A DNA stretch of 63,058 nucleotides, the filler included. It is 20 parts of 20 records of this genome, joined end to end, with 100 filler letters (N's around TTAATTAATTAA, not from the genome) between each part and the next. Parts side by side here need not be neighbours in the genome. Positions count along the whole stretch, not along the records: positions 8,314 to 12,875 come from SRR36015645_6159; positions 12,976 to 15,796 come from SRR36015645_6569; positions 15,897 to 18,254 come from SRR36015645_7550; positions 18,355 to 20,646 come from SRR36015645_7640; positions 20,747 to 23,218 come from SRR36015645_7980; positions 23,319 to 27,183 come from SRR36015645_8267; 14 more parts are not named here. One strand, written 5' to 3'. The position numbers and the translations under genes were made by a program. Below the pieces are notes generated by a model. That model had not been told where the DNA came from and made no database searches. It was given only the letters and a program-made list of their open reading frames with translations. The first letter of the stretch is position 1. Each line of letters starts with the position of its first letter. Shown piece after piece: positions 12,874-25,099 of this stretch.

Positions 12874-13588
12874 GGNNNNNNNNNNNNNNNNNNNNNNNNN
12901 NNNNNNNNNNNNNNNNNNNTTAATTAATTAANNNNNNNNNNNNNNNNNNNNNNNNNNNNNNNNNNNNNNNNNNNNTTTTCTTTTCTTCAACATTTATTTT
13001 TTTCAACATTTATAATAACCATTTGAAGCGCCCAGACAATTAGGTGGTATGTAGCAAAAAGGGGCTGTGTAAAATTCAATATTCAAACGTCTGTCATTTT
13101 TGAAACATCTGGATTTTTCTGGTATATATTTTAAAAACGCTCTGTTAGGCTTTTCTTTTTCCACTAACCATGTTCAATGAAAGTCAAAATACACATACCC
13201 CATTTTTCGTCTGGGCACTTCATTTATTGCCAAAAAGAACAACAAAGCTACAAACTGGTTTATCAATTACTTTGTGGACAATTATGGAATTAACAATGTT
13301 TACCAAAAAATTATACGAAATAGCAGCAAAAGGCTCAATTTTCGCTCATTTTAATTTCCGTTGCATAGTTTTATTGGTCTTACAAAAAATAACACAAAAC
13401 ATACTTAACATACTAATCATAGTCACTTGCAAAGAGCTAGCTCAGAGTGCTCGAAAATTTATGCTTCGACAAATTCAAAAACAAAAAATCAAAATTGTGG
13501 CAGACCACAAGCTATCAGCTTACTTTCAATATTTCAGAACGGTATCCGAGATGAAGCACCAAGTGCCTAGGCTCAATTTTCGTTCACT

Positions 13589-15786
13589 TTAATTTCCGCT
13601 GCATATTTTTGTTACCATTGCTTGGAAATCATCAGTTGCCATTTTAAATATCCCATTGTCCTGTTGGTGCAGGTAAGGTGGTCGTATTTTGCCCAATATG
13701 GTGTTCCAATCAATTTGGTCTCTATCCTTCCTTACGGGCCAAATGAACTGATTCAACGCTCGCGTTTTCATGAAATTTACGTGAGGAGTTGTTTTGACTA
13801 CGTCAACCTTTGTGATTTCTCCGATACACAAGGCACCATCATAATCGGCAGCAATCCATTCTCCAGTCACAAATTTTGCATCATTCTGCTTCTTTGACAA
13901 GGATGCTAATGGCACTTCATCATCTGTATCAAAACACATAGCAGCCAATGGTACGTCGTCTTCTGAGCCAAATGACATTGCATCGTCTTCTTGATCGGTT
14001 ATATCTGAGAGGCTGTCCTCATCAGAAGAGTCGACGATTTCTTCTTCGCCTACAATTGGAAATCTTTTGCGCACTGTGCCTTGCGGGTAGGCTTGACAGA
14101 CAATCGCTTTGGGGTCATCTACTGAGCACTCGACTAAGTGGAAAGACCGGGTACCTTTCACGTCTTTGACATGTTTGCACACTGCCATATCCTTGGCAAC
14201 ATCGTTGATGAGAATCACTCGAGTATTAAGTTGACCTTTTGCACATACATCTGCAAAATCCTTAGCTGTCTGAACAGTCGCTTGGCCAGAAAGCACTCGG
14301 GTCCACACATATCTCTTGACAATACCGCCGACGACATCTACTGCGCCCTTCCCGTGGTACGATGCGAAGAATATCCACACGACCTTATCCAATTTGTACT
14401 TTTCTCTCATTGTCGCTAGATGTAAGAAGTTGAACTTGTTTTTAAATTGTTTTCCACAACCATCTGAGAAAATGTACAACTTTTTTATCTTTGGGTGTTT
14501 TGTCAACTCATCTTCAATTATTCGTTCAGTAAAGACATTTACACAGAACTTGTCATGCGTAACATCATCGGAGACTACAACGTAACTGCTTGTTTTGTCT
14601 TCATACATGTACCATGCTACAGCTGTGTAAAGTGATACCTGTTTGTAGTTGTAATGAGCTGTTTGGATTTCGTTCTGTTGCGACGACCTATAATTTTCGG
14701 AGAAATCCACTTGTACCCGCAGAACATCTTCTTGCTTCATCTCAGATACCGTTCTGAAATATTCATGTGTTTGTTTTTTGAGAAAACAGTGCTACAAAAA
14801 TTTTGGTATGTCCGATTTGTTGAGCTCTCCCAAAACTGAGCTAACTTTTGCTTTTACTTCATTCAAGCAGACTCTTTTATCTACATGTATACCTTTCCAC
14901 TGTTTAGATGCAATTATTTCTGTACTCTCATCAGTAACAAATATCTTTTGCTTGACTTTGCACGCGTCGCACCTTTGATAATAACAGTTTTCCGTTGCCT
15001 CTTTACCATATCTTTTTCTGGAAAATCAGGAACATTACACAGTTTACTCAACGCTTTTAGTTTGTAGTCAAAATTTTCATGGTGTATACAGAGGCACACA
15101 TTCTGTGGAATTTGTGATACTAAAACAATATTCTTTGGCCTCAGTTCGGCAAATTTAGATTTTCCAATAACGTCGTTTGGGTTTTCTGACTTGAAAAGCT
15201 GATACACCTCTTTCACGCTGTATCGCAGGTATCGCTTCTGCACTTTTTGTTTCTTTCCATCACTTTCTCTGACAAGTACATAGTCTTTTTTACCCGGAGC
15301 TGTACTGCTAATGTTGTCCAAATTGTAAAACTCTGTCACTTTAACAATAGTTTCGTTTGACAGTTTCTGCTTGCGCGTTACATTGGGCGTTTTTCGAGGA
15401 GACAATGCGAGTCCAACTTCCTTGCCAAGGGCTTTTATAACTTGCTTCGCCTTATTTTTGTCGCGAGGTAGCACACGCTTAACACGGTGTTTTGCGCAAT
15501 ATAGAGAGGCTGGTGACGTGCCTTCCTCTTCGGCATTGGCCTTGCGTTTTCTGTGCTTTTCCACTCGCAGTCGGGTCAGGAGTCGTACATGTTTTTGTTT
15601 TCTTTCCAAGGCAATCTTCTCACGCTTTGTCGCATTCTTTACTGCATTCTTTATAGCAATGCGAGCAAGCCGCTTCCTCTCGGCTTCTTTTGCTCTAATC
15701 TCCTCTAGTTTTCCTTCTCTAATTGCTTTTTCTTTCAGCCTCTGGCGTCTTTCCTTGCATTTCTGTTTATTCGATTTTGGAGGCAT
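13589..15786 (-). pseudogene. Sola-like (probably Sola2) DDD transposase, disrupted by a frameshift near 15000 and an in-frame TAG at 14792-14794
   Basis: The two ORF-track pieces join through the alternative frame (EATENCYYQRCDAC...KFL*HCF). Motifs FAELRPKN, CLCIHHEN, DFSENY, FSDG...QFKN, YHGKGAVDVVGG. Homologous to intact 57692-59770. Confidence 0.72.
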
Positions 15787-15896
15787 TGTAGTCTATNNNN
15801 NNNNNNNNNNNNNNNNNNNNNNNNNNNNNNNNNNNNNNNNTTAATTAATTAANNNNNNNNNNNNNNNNNNNNNNNNNNNNNNNNNNNNNNNNNNNN

Positions 15897-18074
15897 CCTC
15901 GACTCCAGTCTTGTACGGATGAAGCCGTCTCGTCGATTCTCGCCACACACAGACTTTGATGCCTCAGTCACCACCTTGATGCACCTCTCCACAGCCTGTG
16001 TGTGGCATGGGTATCTGTCGAATGTGACGACGGGTGTAGTTGGTTCCCGTATGAACTCTCGGAGGTCATCGTCGCTAATACTCATTGTGACGGGTGGCTC
16101 GGTCACGCTCACCATCGACCAGTCGATCATTGCGGTGTAGTCTGTGCAGTCAAATTTAATCGGCTGCACTGTGAACTGTCGAACGCCCTTGCTCTTCGGC
16201 TGGTCTCGTGCCTTCAGAATTCGGCGGAGGGCGAGTTCACGAATGTGTGGTCGTTCGTCGGTCATCATGGACAGCAGCAGGTTTTCGGGGTGAGCGAAGT
16301 AGCTGTTGCGCTGGATGACGGGGTCCACGATGGCCTTCAGTTCGTCCGTCAGGTACCGCGAGTTCTTGATCATCATGAACACATGTCTCGCTCCATCCTT
16401 GCATGATGGCTTTTGCTTGATGTTGAACCATGTCGGAGCATACACGCGAACGATGAACGTGACGATGGTGACCAAAGTGTCAGACGGATTTTCGCATCCC
16501 ACGTACAATCGCAGCAGGCGATTAGCTGTGGTCAGCCATCTTGAGTGATTGAGAGCGCCTGGGTTTCTTAGTGACAGATCTCTCGAACAGTCACCACTGG
16601 AAACCGCTTGAGCGATCTCGTACAGATATCTCTGATCCGTACTGAGATCGCGAGGGTCAACGTGTGGCAGGTCAGTCTCGACCGGTCGGTATTCGATGAC
16701 AGGCAACTCGTCGCACTTTTCTAACACCTTGCCGAGTGTTCCTGCGAATCCTTGCGGTCCCGTCGTTGCGCCATCAAGAGACTGGAACAAATGTCGAAGT
16801 GGCAGCTCGTTTGCATGGAGTAAGCACACCAGCCATTGCAAGGGGCGTTTCACTTTGAGTTCCAGCAGGCGTATCACGCCACCTATTCGGCCGGTATTCA
16901 CGGCTGTGCCATCACAACCGACGACGGTGAGCTCCTTGAGGTCCGTCTTGCCAACTAGTGCGGTTGTCATTGCTTTAATGATGCTCTTGCTGGAGCCACC
17001 CTCTGGCGTTACATGGCAATAGTACTTCGATCCTGGCTCTCGAACGATAACGATATGTTCCTCGGTTATTTCGTTACGATGATATTTTCCGGTGTCAGCT
17101 TTAACGTTAACTAAAGTCTTGTCTTTGCGACCATCGAAATATAACCCAGGGACACTCGCATCAGACTCAACTTGCTGAAGATTTCGTGCAGTTTCTCTTG
17201 ATCGCCGCACCTTGCTTCGGTCGATGATCTTTGATGAGTCATCAGCTGTCACAATGCCGAAATCGTGCAGTACTGCGGTCGTGATGGAGGCTGCTGCTCG
17301 ATCGGACAATCCATGTCTGTCGCAAGCCATCGCCGTGGCCGGTAGCTTCACTCTCATCTGTGTCTCCTTCTGTGTCTTGGGTGTTTTTGGCAAGGGAGGA
17401 AGTGTAAACGATATGTCACCGGGGTTGTCTCCATCGTCATCAATCATTATATCATTGTCAATGTTATCAGCGACGTTTGTCAATTCTTCGGTACGTACTA
17501 TGAGTGATTCGCTTTCGGCGGCCTTGCGCTTCTGTTGCTTGCTTAGTCTTTTCGTCTCTGTCACATCTTTTCCTCCTATCATCATTTTTCTTTCACCTCT
17601 CTGGTCCAGTAAAAATGGTATCTCCTTGGCTGGAACTTTCCGCGATTTGTCACAAGTACATTTGTATGTGTCAGGACACTTGCAGCTACAAATGTCAAAC
17701 AAATGGTCTGCCTCGCATCGAAATGTGTCAATTCGGCCGATGTAGCTGTCGCTGTCCTTTCTACTCTTGTACGGCTTGAGAAGATTTGTGAATTTTGTGT
17801 GGTACACCTTCAATAACTGGACGACTCGTTTGTGCGACACAGTTGGTACCGAGGCTTTACTCCACATGTTGATGACATCAATGATCACGATATCGGCGAC
17901 ATCAGTGAATGATGACTGATACTTCTTGTGTTTCTCTGTGAGTGTATGTGCGGTTTGGAGGTAGAACTTCATAACATCGCTGTACGTAGGAAGAACATTG
18001 GCCACAAGTTTGAGTGGAGCGCCGAATACCGGACAGACCGGTGGGGCTGTTTTCTCTCTCGTGCCTTGAGCCAT
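15897..18074 (-). mobile_element. hAT-superfamily transposase (hATm-like), 3'-truncated by contig edge
   Basis: LYFDGRKD (D), GCDGTAVNTG (D), CLLH (CxxH), HSRWLT (RW), HTQAVER (E). The ATG at 18074 follows a TTTCAG splice acceptor. Confidence 0.8.
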
Positions 18075-18354
18075 ATCTGAAATAATACAATTCATAATTT
18101 CATATGTGTGAACTGTATCCGCTTATAAATGTAATATGGAGTGTAGTGAACTAAAATTGCATGATGGATTCTGAAAGAGCTTTCCATTCCCTTTCATTTA
18201 AGCCTATGATGAAGTTTCTACGATTTTTTTTACTATTTTTCTACTAATTTTATANNNNNNNNNNNNNNNNNNNNNNNNNNNNNNNNNNNNNNNNNNNNTT
18301 AATTAATTAANNNNNNNNNNNNNNNNNNNNNNNNNNNNNNNNNNNNNNNNNNNN

Positions 18355-20645
18355 TGACAACAGTAGCTTTGCGAGCACAGCATCTGACCACATACTAAAC
18401 ACATTGTGGGCGCGCGACTATCATCGCCATCCGAGCTCGGACATGTGAACAGTGCCGCCTTGTTGATGAGATCGCTGTAGTCTGTAGGAAGACTCACCAA
18501 ACAGTTTGGTTCATGCGGATAATTCACGCATGTTTGGAAATTGTTGGCGCTCATTTCAACGAGTCGGTCATGTTTGCACCACCACTCAACCAGCTGCGTC
18601 ATCATTATACAATTGGAGGCCCACAGCATGTCGGATATGTTATCAGGGAGTGACAAGTATCGGCACAACGGGTCAAAATCGTCAATGCCCATCAGGTCGG
18701 AGGTGAGCGCAGAGGGAGGATCGACCGAATTCAAAAAGTGAAAGAACAAAGCCGCACAGCGTAGAAATGGCAGGCATGATTTCTTCAGCTTGCTAATTAT
18801 CAGCCATGGTGTTACGTATCGACTTGTTGCCACACCGGCCATGGTTCGGATGTAGCAGTATAAACCGAAAATCCTACTATCTCCACAGTCGTCTTCCGTT
18901 TCCATACATTCTTCACCATGTTCGCAGCCGAGATCCGTCGTCAAGATTATCTGTACTAAGTGGGCAGTCAGCGCAATTTTCAGAATGTAAAATTCATTCA
19001 GGCCCCTAATTTTTAGTGGCAAACTCGACACTTCTGTGTTATTAGCAAACAGTGCAGGCATCGACAATACCAGCATGACCATTACTGTGAACATGTCCAA
19101 ATCCAGTATGCTCGGAATATCGTTATATGCACCTGCTCCAATCAACGACGACAGCAGGTGTAAACAGTGATGTCTAGCAAATTCCGGTCGCGTAATAAAG
19201 TTTGCTGTAGACGAGTACTTGACAAGTGCGTTCAAGCAATCCAGTTGTCGCGACGAATGTGCTCCGAACAATGGCTTCTTCTCATCCGTTAGAATCCACT
19301 GTATCGAATGTATCGTGTAAGCGCATGTAAGCCATGACATCACCGGCATTCGTATGTTGTTATCGTCTGGTTCCACGCCCAGTCCAAACATGAAAGCAGC
19401 CTCTGCGAATACTTTCAACATTTCTTTGATGCTATCAGAGTAGGTCTCTTCACCAGCGCTACACTTGAACAAATCGGTAAAGTTGTGCCCTGTCTGTTTC
19501 AGCATTAGTCGTGTCGCTTCCTCAATGCTACACGGCCGAAGCACGGTATGGGCATCTGTACCTTTCCCAAATTCGATTGTTGTTACATTCTGCACGGTCC
19601 TTTGCAATCCCAAAATCCAATCGGAAATTGATATTTCGCTGGGCTGATGAGGGTCCTCAACCAATGTATGTAAAGGAGGCAGCAGTGGTATCACCGTATT
19701 GCTGAGGCACTCGCATAGCGGACATAGAAACTCATGCTTTTCAACGTCAAAGCTTATGTGCTGTCTAAAGCGCAATGGACGACGACGTTCCTTGTTGACT
19801 ACGGATTCGAAGAAACTCTGGTAGCAGGTGGCATGCATCATGTGGCCACACGTGCTCGTGTACGGACCACAGAAGAGACTAGGCGGCATGTACAAAGGAT
19901 TGTAGTTGTCGCCATTTTCAATTATTGTCCCTCTACTTTTGGACAACACTGTGGACATCTGGACGAATGCCGCAATCACTACAGCCTTACTGGTATGAGC
20001 GATCTCCTCCTCCTCTTGGCAAAGAATGCATGTCGCCTTTTCCATTAGGTTCGTTTGTGGTTTAGTTTTCGCTTCTCCAACCGCAACGGGATATTCTTCT
20101 CGAACCGGGTCAACTACATCCATACATGCATCTGATGAAGATGCTTCATTACTAGTTTCCTCAAACAGCGCTGCATTTTCTCTGATAAACTGCTTCTGCA
20201 TGTCGGATATTTTTGCCATTGCCCGTGCACGATGCCTAGCCACTATGTCGGCTTTCAACTTCTTCTTATCCTTTGACCTTGACTTCCCTTTTTCTATGAC
20301 TGTCGGTACGGTTAAAGACGATTCCCCAGCGGTAGCCGGTTCGTACATTTGTTTCAGAGAATTGATGTTCGTAAGCAGCCAGTGTAATAGATCTTTATGT
20401 GATTCAGCATGTTCGTGGCCTACCAGCGCTTCCAATTTTGAAACAATACCAACTTCAATAGCCTTTTGTAAGAAGTGGAAGCTGTTAGCTGCACCATCTT
20501 TCTGAAACTCTTGCTTTTCCTCAGATATACCCAGACCAATCAAAAATACAGTTCTCTCGAGCTGTGCATCTGAAAATGAACGAGCTCTTGCCTTCGTAGA
20601 TCGGAACAATATTACATCAAAAATATGTAGCAGTGTGTCGCACAG
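18355..20645 (-). CDS. UBR2: E3 ubiquitin ligase UBR1/UBR2 (N-recognin) ortholog, partial: RING-H2 + C-terminal domain
   Basis: RARAMAKISDMQKQFIREN, CILCQEEE, TCGHMMHATC, EFLCPLCECLSNTVIP, LPFLRCAALFFH, CLVCGQMLCSQSYCC. Open across the whole contig. Confidence 0.93.
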
Positions 20646-20747
20646 TNNNNNNNNNNNNNNNNNNNNNNNNNNNNNNNNNNNNNNNNNNNNTTAATTAATT
20701 AANNNNNNNNNNNNNNNNNNNNNNNNNNNNNNNNNNNNNNNNNNNNT

Positions 20748-22754
20748 CATGCGATATGCGCAGACAGAAGAACTCAAGGGTCTAACCCAAAAATTTCACA
20801 GTCTTTCAATGCCCCTGAACCAGTATTGCGTAAACGGAAGATTGATGCTGATTTAAAATCCGAAGTAACTGTTGACGATCGTCCAAAAAGACGATCAGTA
20901 AGACTCTCTGCGGCATCGGATGCCGAAGCACCTGCAAAAACTTGCCCTGTGATTAAAATATCTTTCAGCGGACCTGAAGGAAAGGGTAGAATCGTGAATG
21001 TGCCAGATCTTTCCAGGACTGATCAAGAAAATAGCGTACCATCATCATCAAATCGTCCGCCAATCAAATTAAAATTTGGCGACATGGGTGAGTCGATTAA
21101 AGCCAAAGCAAAAAAAGCACTGAAGAAAGCTAAAGAAAAAGCACTCGAATCAGAGAATGCACAGAACCAGGAAAACGATCGCAAATCTCGGCACAAACAT
21201 AAGAAGAAGAAACGGCACCGAGGCTCGGTTGATATGGTAAATGCTGACGATTTCGATAAAAATCGAAACGATTCTTGTCAAAACAACAACGACCGGTTTA
21301 AAGTTAACAGTGAGGAAAACAGTCTGTCGAGTATAGATAGCCAGAATATTAACATCAATTCCATTAACAAGAAAGAGTTGAGGGTTAGTTTGGAAAATCT
21401 AAACTTGCCCGATGATACATTTATGTTAACAACTGGCACTACGGACGATTCTCGGAAACTTATGGACAAAACAAACACACTAGATATAGATGATGAGGAT
21501 GACGATGATGAAGGATCCGTTTGCTGCGACATCGCCGATGCAGAAGACTCGAAGGAAATGCTGCAAAAATTACCTGGTGATGCTCAGCTGATTGACCATA
21601 TAACCACGAGCAATGGTCATAAAATCTCACGTGATGATATCGTGTGGGGTAAGATTCGTGGATTCCCCTGGTGGCCTGGAAAAGTGATTTCCATTACTTG
21701 TCTATCCAACGTGAACTCAATATCGAAAAAGTGTTCCGCTCACATCTCGTGGTTTGGCTCAAACACTTCGTCACACATGGATTGCACATATCTAGTCCCA
21801 TTCCTAGACTATTTCAAATTGCGATATAATAAGAAAAAGCGTGGACCATACCAGAAGGCCATAAAAGAGGCAACGATTTCAGCCAACAAAATGGCGGCAT
21901 TAAAAAATCGTAGTCCTCATAAAGAGGAGTTATCCCATGACAGTGAAAATCTGTTGTTATCGACGGCCAACTCGTCATCCTCTCAACATCTCGCTGATAC
22001 ATCTGTTACGGTTGTGAAAAGTACTTTAAATGAAATCAACGAGGCAAGTTGCTCAATTATTTCCAACATAGCCAGACAAAAAGTTGGCACAGTGGATGAA
22101 ACGCCGCCAATGTATTCCACTAACACTTTGGCCACTTCGGACAACGTCTTTCATAACCTTGCGTCTAGTCAGTTAGGAATCCCGGTGCCTAATGCTGGAT
22201 GCAGATCGCAGAATGCAACAGCTATTGTCGAACATAATATCCGTAGTTTGCCTTCAGATTCGGCATCGTCATCAGCCTCGTTTAGTACTCCCGCTTATGA
22301 TAACATTTACAGGACTAACGGCCCATACGGCATTATGTCTGGTCTTCACCACGGCATTTCTTCAGTGCATCGACTTCGAACTAGTCCTTCAGTTATTAAA
22401 AGTACAAACTTAATATCGACAAACTCGGGTCACGTTAACAGTAATTCGTCTTCTAACCTGTCCAGCTCAAATGATTGGGCAGACGATCTTATAGATCTAG
22501 CGACAAATGCGACGGAGGTGCTAGCTCATAAAAGTCCGGCACGCATCCAGAATATTCCCATGATGCCACTGTATCCTATCCACGGACACTATGCATCGTT
22601 ACCACCGGCGGATCTCAAACCACTCGTCACTAATGTTTCCTACACCGAGCTTCCTGAGGATGACATGAACTGTGACAGTCCAGAAGAGGTTACACTGTAC
22701 CCCGTCTCTCCTGTTGCACCACAAACGCCCGGACAAGTATCAACATTTGCTTAG
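20748..22754 (+). CDS. PWWP2A: PWWP-domain protein, PWWP2A/2B-like; large 3' coding exon, 5'-truncated
   Basis: DIVWGKIRGFPWWPGKV...ISWFGSNTSS...FKLRYNKKKRGPYQKAIKEA, plus PVIKISF and Lys/His-rich tracts. The frame is open from the contig edge. Confidence 0.85.
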   Translation, partial: HAICADRRTQGSNPKISQSFNAPEPVLRKRKIDADLKSEVTVDDRPKRRSVRLSAASDAEAPAKTCPVIKISFSGPEGKGRIVNVPDLSRTDQENSVPSSSNRPPIKLKFGDMGESIKAKAKKALKKAKEKALESENAQNQENDRKSRHKHKKKKRHRGSVDMVNADDFDKNRNDSCQNNNDRFKVNSEENSLSSIDSQNININSINKKELRVSLENLNLPDDTFMLTTGTTDDSRKLMDKTNTLDIDDEDDDDEGSVCCDIADAEDSKEMLQKLPGDAQLIDHITTSNGHKISRDDIVWGKIRGFPWWPGKVISITCLSNVNSISKKCSAHISWFGSNTSSHMDCTYLVPFLDYFKLRYNKKKRGPYQKAIKEATISANKMAALKNRSPHKEELSHDSENLLLSTANSSSSQHLADTSVTVVKSTLNEINEASCSIISNIARQKVGTVDETPPMYSTNTLATSDNVFHNLASSQLGIPVPNAGCRSQNATAIVEHNIRSLPSDSASSSASFSTPAYDNIYRTNGPYGIMSGLHHGISSVHRLRTSPSVIKSTNLISTNSGHVNSNSSSNLSSSNDWADDLIDLATNATEVLAHKSPARIQNIPMMPLYPIHGHYASLPPADLKPLVTNVSYTELPEDDMNCDSPEEVTLYPVSPVAPQTPGQVSTFA

Positions 22755-23980
22755 GCTGAAAGGTGAGTAGGAACTTATTGTGTGTTCAGTTATAGAACCG
22801 TTCTATATGGGTACGACTTGATTATGGACTCCTTTGCTTTTAGGCAAGACCTGGTTATATCTAGAAACTGGAAAACTTTAGAATGCTCCGGAAAGTTAGT
22901 CAGGAAAAGTCAAGGAACACTAAACGGAAATAAGAGAGGCCAGTGTTTCTATAAACATAGATAAAATAGATACCACTCTCGTCGCATAAGTATCTGCTAA
23001 TATGCAGTAACACAATAAATAAATGAAACCCACGCCAAAGGGAATCTAATCATAGAATGAAATTGTCACAGTCCACATCGAATAGCTAATCATAATGCCA
23101 CACTCATAAAATTTTGCTCTTGTGCATATACAGGGTGGGCCAATAAAAACGGATAAACTCACTTTAGAGCACTATAACTTGGTTATACACAAATATAAGT
23201 AAATCCGGGATCGGGGTTNNNNNNNNNNNNNNNNNNNNNNNNNNNNNNNNNNNNNNNNNNNNTTAATTAATTAANNNNNNNNNNNNNNNNNNNNNNNNNN
23301 NNNNNNNNNNNNNNNNNNCACGAGTATAGTTGGACAAGAACTTCGCTGTCCATTATTTTATTAAATTTAGTGCGTTATTAGTGCAAAATCAACATGCAGG
23401 ACTATGGATTATTAGTATAAGTACTCAGGGAAGGGTGTGGTACCACTACAACAGCCATACTATGTGAGGAATTAACGAAAAGTATCGTTAAACGCCTGAG
23501 TGTCATGCACTGTCTACAGCTGACTGTCATGTTCGCCACGTAGCCGTGTTAGATCCACACAAGTGTGTACGCTTACAATGTTTTATGGTGTAACAACATG
23601 ATAACTGCCTGATATCCGCCTGGTAACGCGGGAAGCCTACCTTTATGATGAACTGTTCCTGTATACATGGTTATAACGTGCTGTAACAGTTTCAGGTCAT
23701 TTTTGGGAAAACAGCCGAACTACATACAGAAAAATTTGACCTTGAAAACACACTTAGTAAAAATCAGCGAAGCACAGACATTGCAAGCATTGCTAACCAA
23801 GTATTGCTATGGACTTTTTGGTAATTTGCATACAATCCAGTCTCGACTGCTTGGATGATCAATGAGTACTATGCAAATTTCTCGCCTCTTTGACATTAGC
23901 CGTGTTTTCTCATGCAAAGCTATATCTACGGTATAAATTGGAATTGTCATTTCTATTGTTATCGGCGCATAAACAACTAA

Positions 23981-25099
23981 ATGGAGACGTCAAGTAGGCC
24001 TAAGCGACCGCTGAGCGATGAAAACGTCCTGCGCTCGGACACTAAAGTCTTACGAACTGACGGCGATAGTGACGTTGAGTCGGAATGCGAATCGGTTTTT
24101 GAGGACGCTGGAGCTGAAAACGTAGGTGATGTCGTCAGTGACTCGGAGCTCATTTCGGCTGTTAAGGAGGCCCTTAATCGCCCGGAGGTGCTCGCCATGT
24201 TCGCCCCGCTAATAGCCAAATGCCTGGAGAAGACCATACGAAAGGAATGTGAGAAAGAGGCCGCGAAGGCTATATCGGTGGTTAAGGAGGAGTTTCACGC
24301 GGAGCTGAAGCGTAAAGACGACGAAATTAATGCTCTTAAGGCTCGCCTAGGCAAGGTCGAAGACGATGTGGACGCCTTAGAGCAATACGGCAGGCGCTGG
24401 AGCATCCGTTTATGGAACTATCCAGAATCTGCGAGCGAAGACACGGACACGATAGTCCTAAAGGTGTGCCGTGAGAAGCTTGGCCTTGACCTCTCGTTAC
24501 ACGACATCCAGAGGAGCCATCGAGTCGGGCGGCCTCCGGTAGGCCCAGATACACGACCCAGGGCCATTATCGTTCGATTCGCGTCCTATCGCATTCGGGC
24601 AATGGTGTTTGGTGCCAAAAGAAAGCTACATGTACAGGCTCAGGGCAATCGAGAACGTACAAGAAATCCACCGTTGTCCATTTCTGAAGACCTGACAAAA
24701 CGGCGTGCCAGTCTCCTAACCAAGGCACGTGTTGAGCTGAAGCGGAAAAATATCCATTCTGCCTGGTCACGTGACGGCAGATTATTTTTCCGTGACAACG
24801 CCGGAAAGCGGCTCATGCTGAATTGCTTAGATGACCTCCATGATGCCATCAACCGGGTACCGTTAGTCCAAGATGTCAGAGCCAATCCTGTGTCTTCAGG
24901 ATCGACGGGTCAAACAGTCACTACCACGACGTCCACCTCCAGTAGGCCTAGTGTTCCAGAGGGGACCCGCACAACAGATTTGGGTGCTACATGTCCCACC
25001 AACCCAGATGCCACTGCCACGGCCTCTGGAGGAGCCTCTGAAGTACACAGCCGAAAGAAAAAACAGGGACAACAGAAAAAAGAACAACAGAAAAATTAA
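23981..25099 (+). mobile_element. CR1/L2-group LINE ORF1
   Basis: Coiled coil + LEQYGRRWSIRLW, SHRVGR, RPRAIIVRF, ISEDLT, WSRDGRL. An APE-type ORF2 start follows downstream on the same strand. Confidence 0.82.

Noticed and set aside
13170..13592. 140-aa plus-strand ORF containing YFRTVSEMK
   Set aside because: The peptide match comes from the 31-bp inverted duplication of transposase sequence. The rest is AT-rich non-coding DNA.
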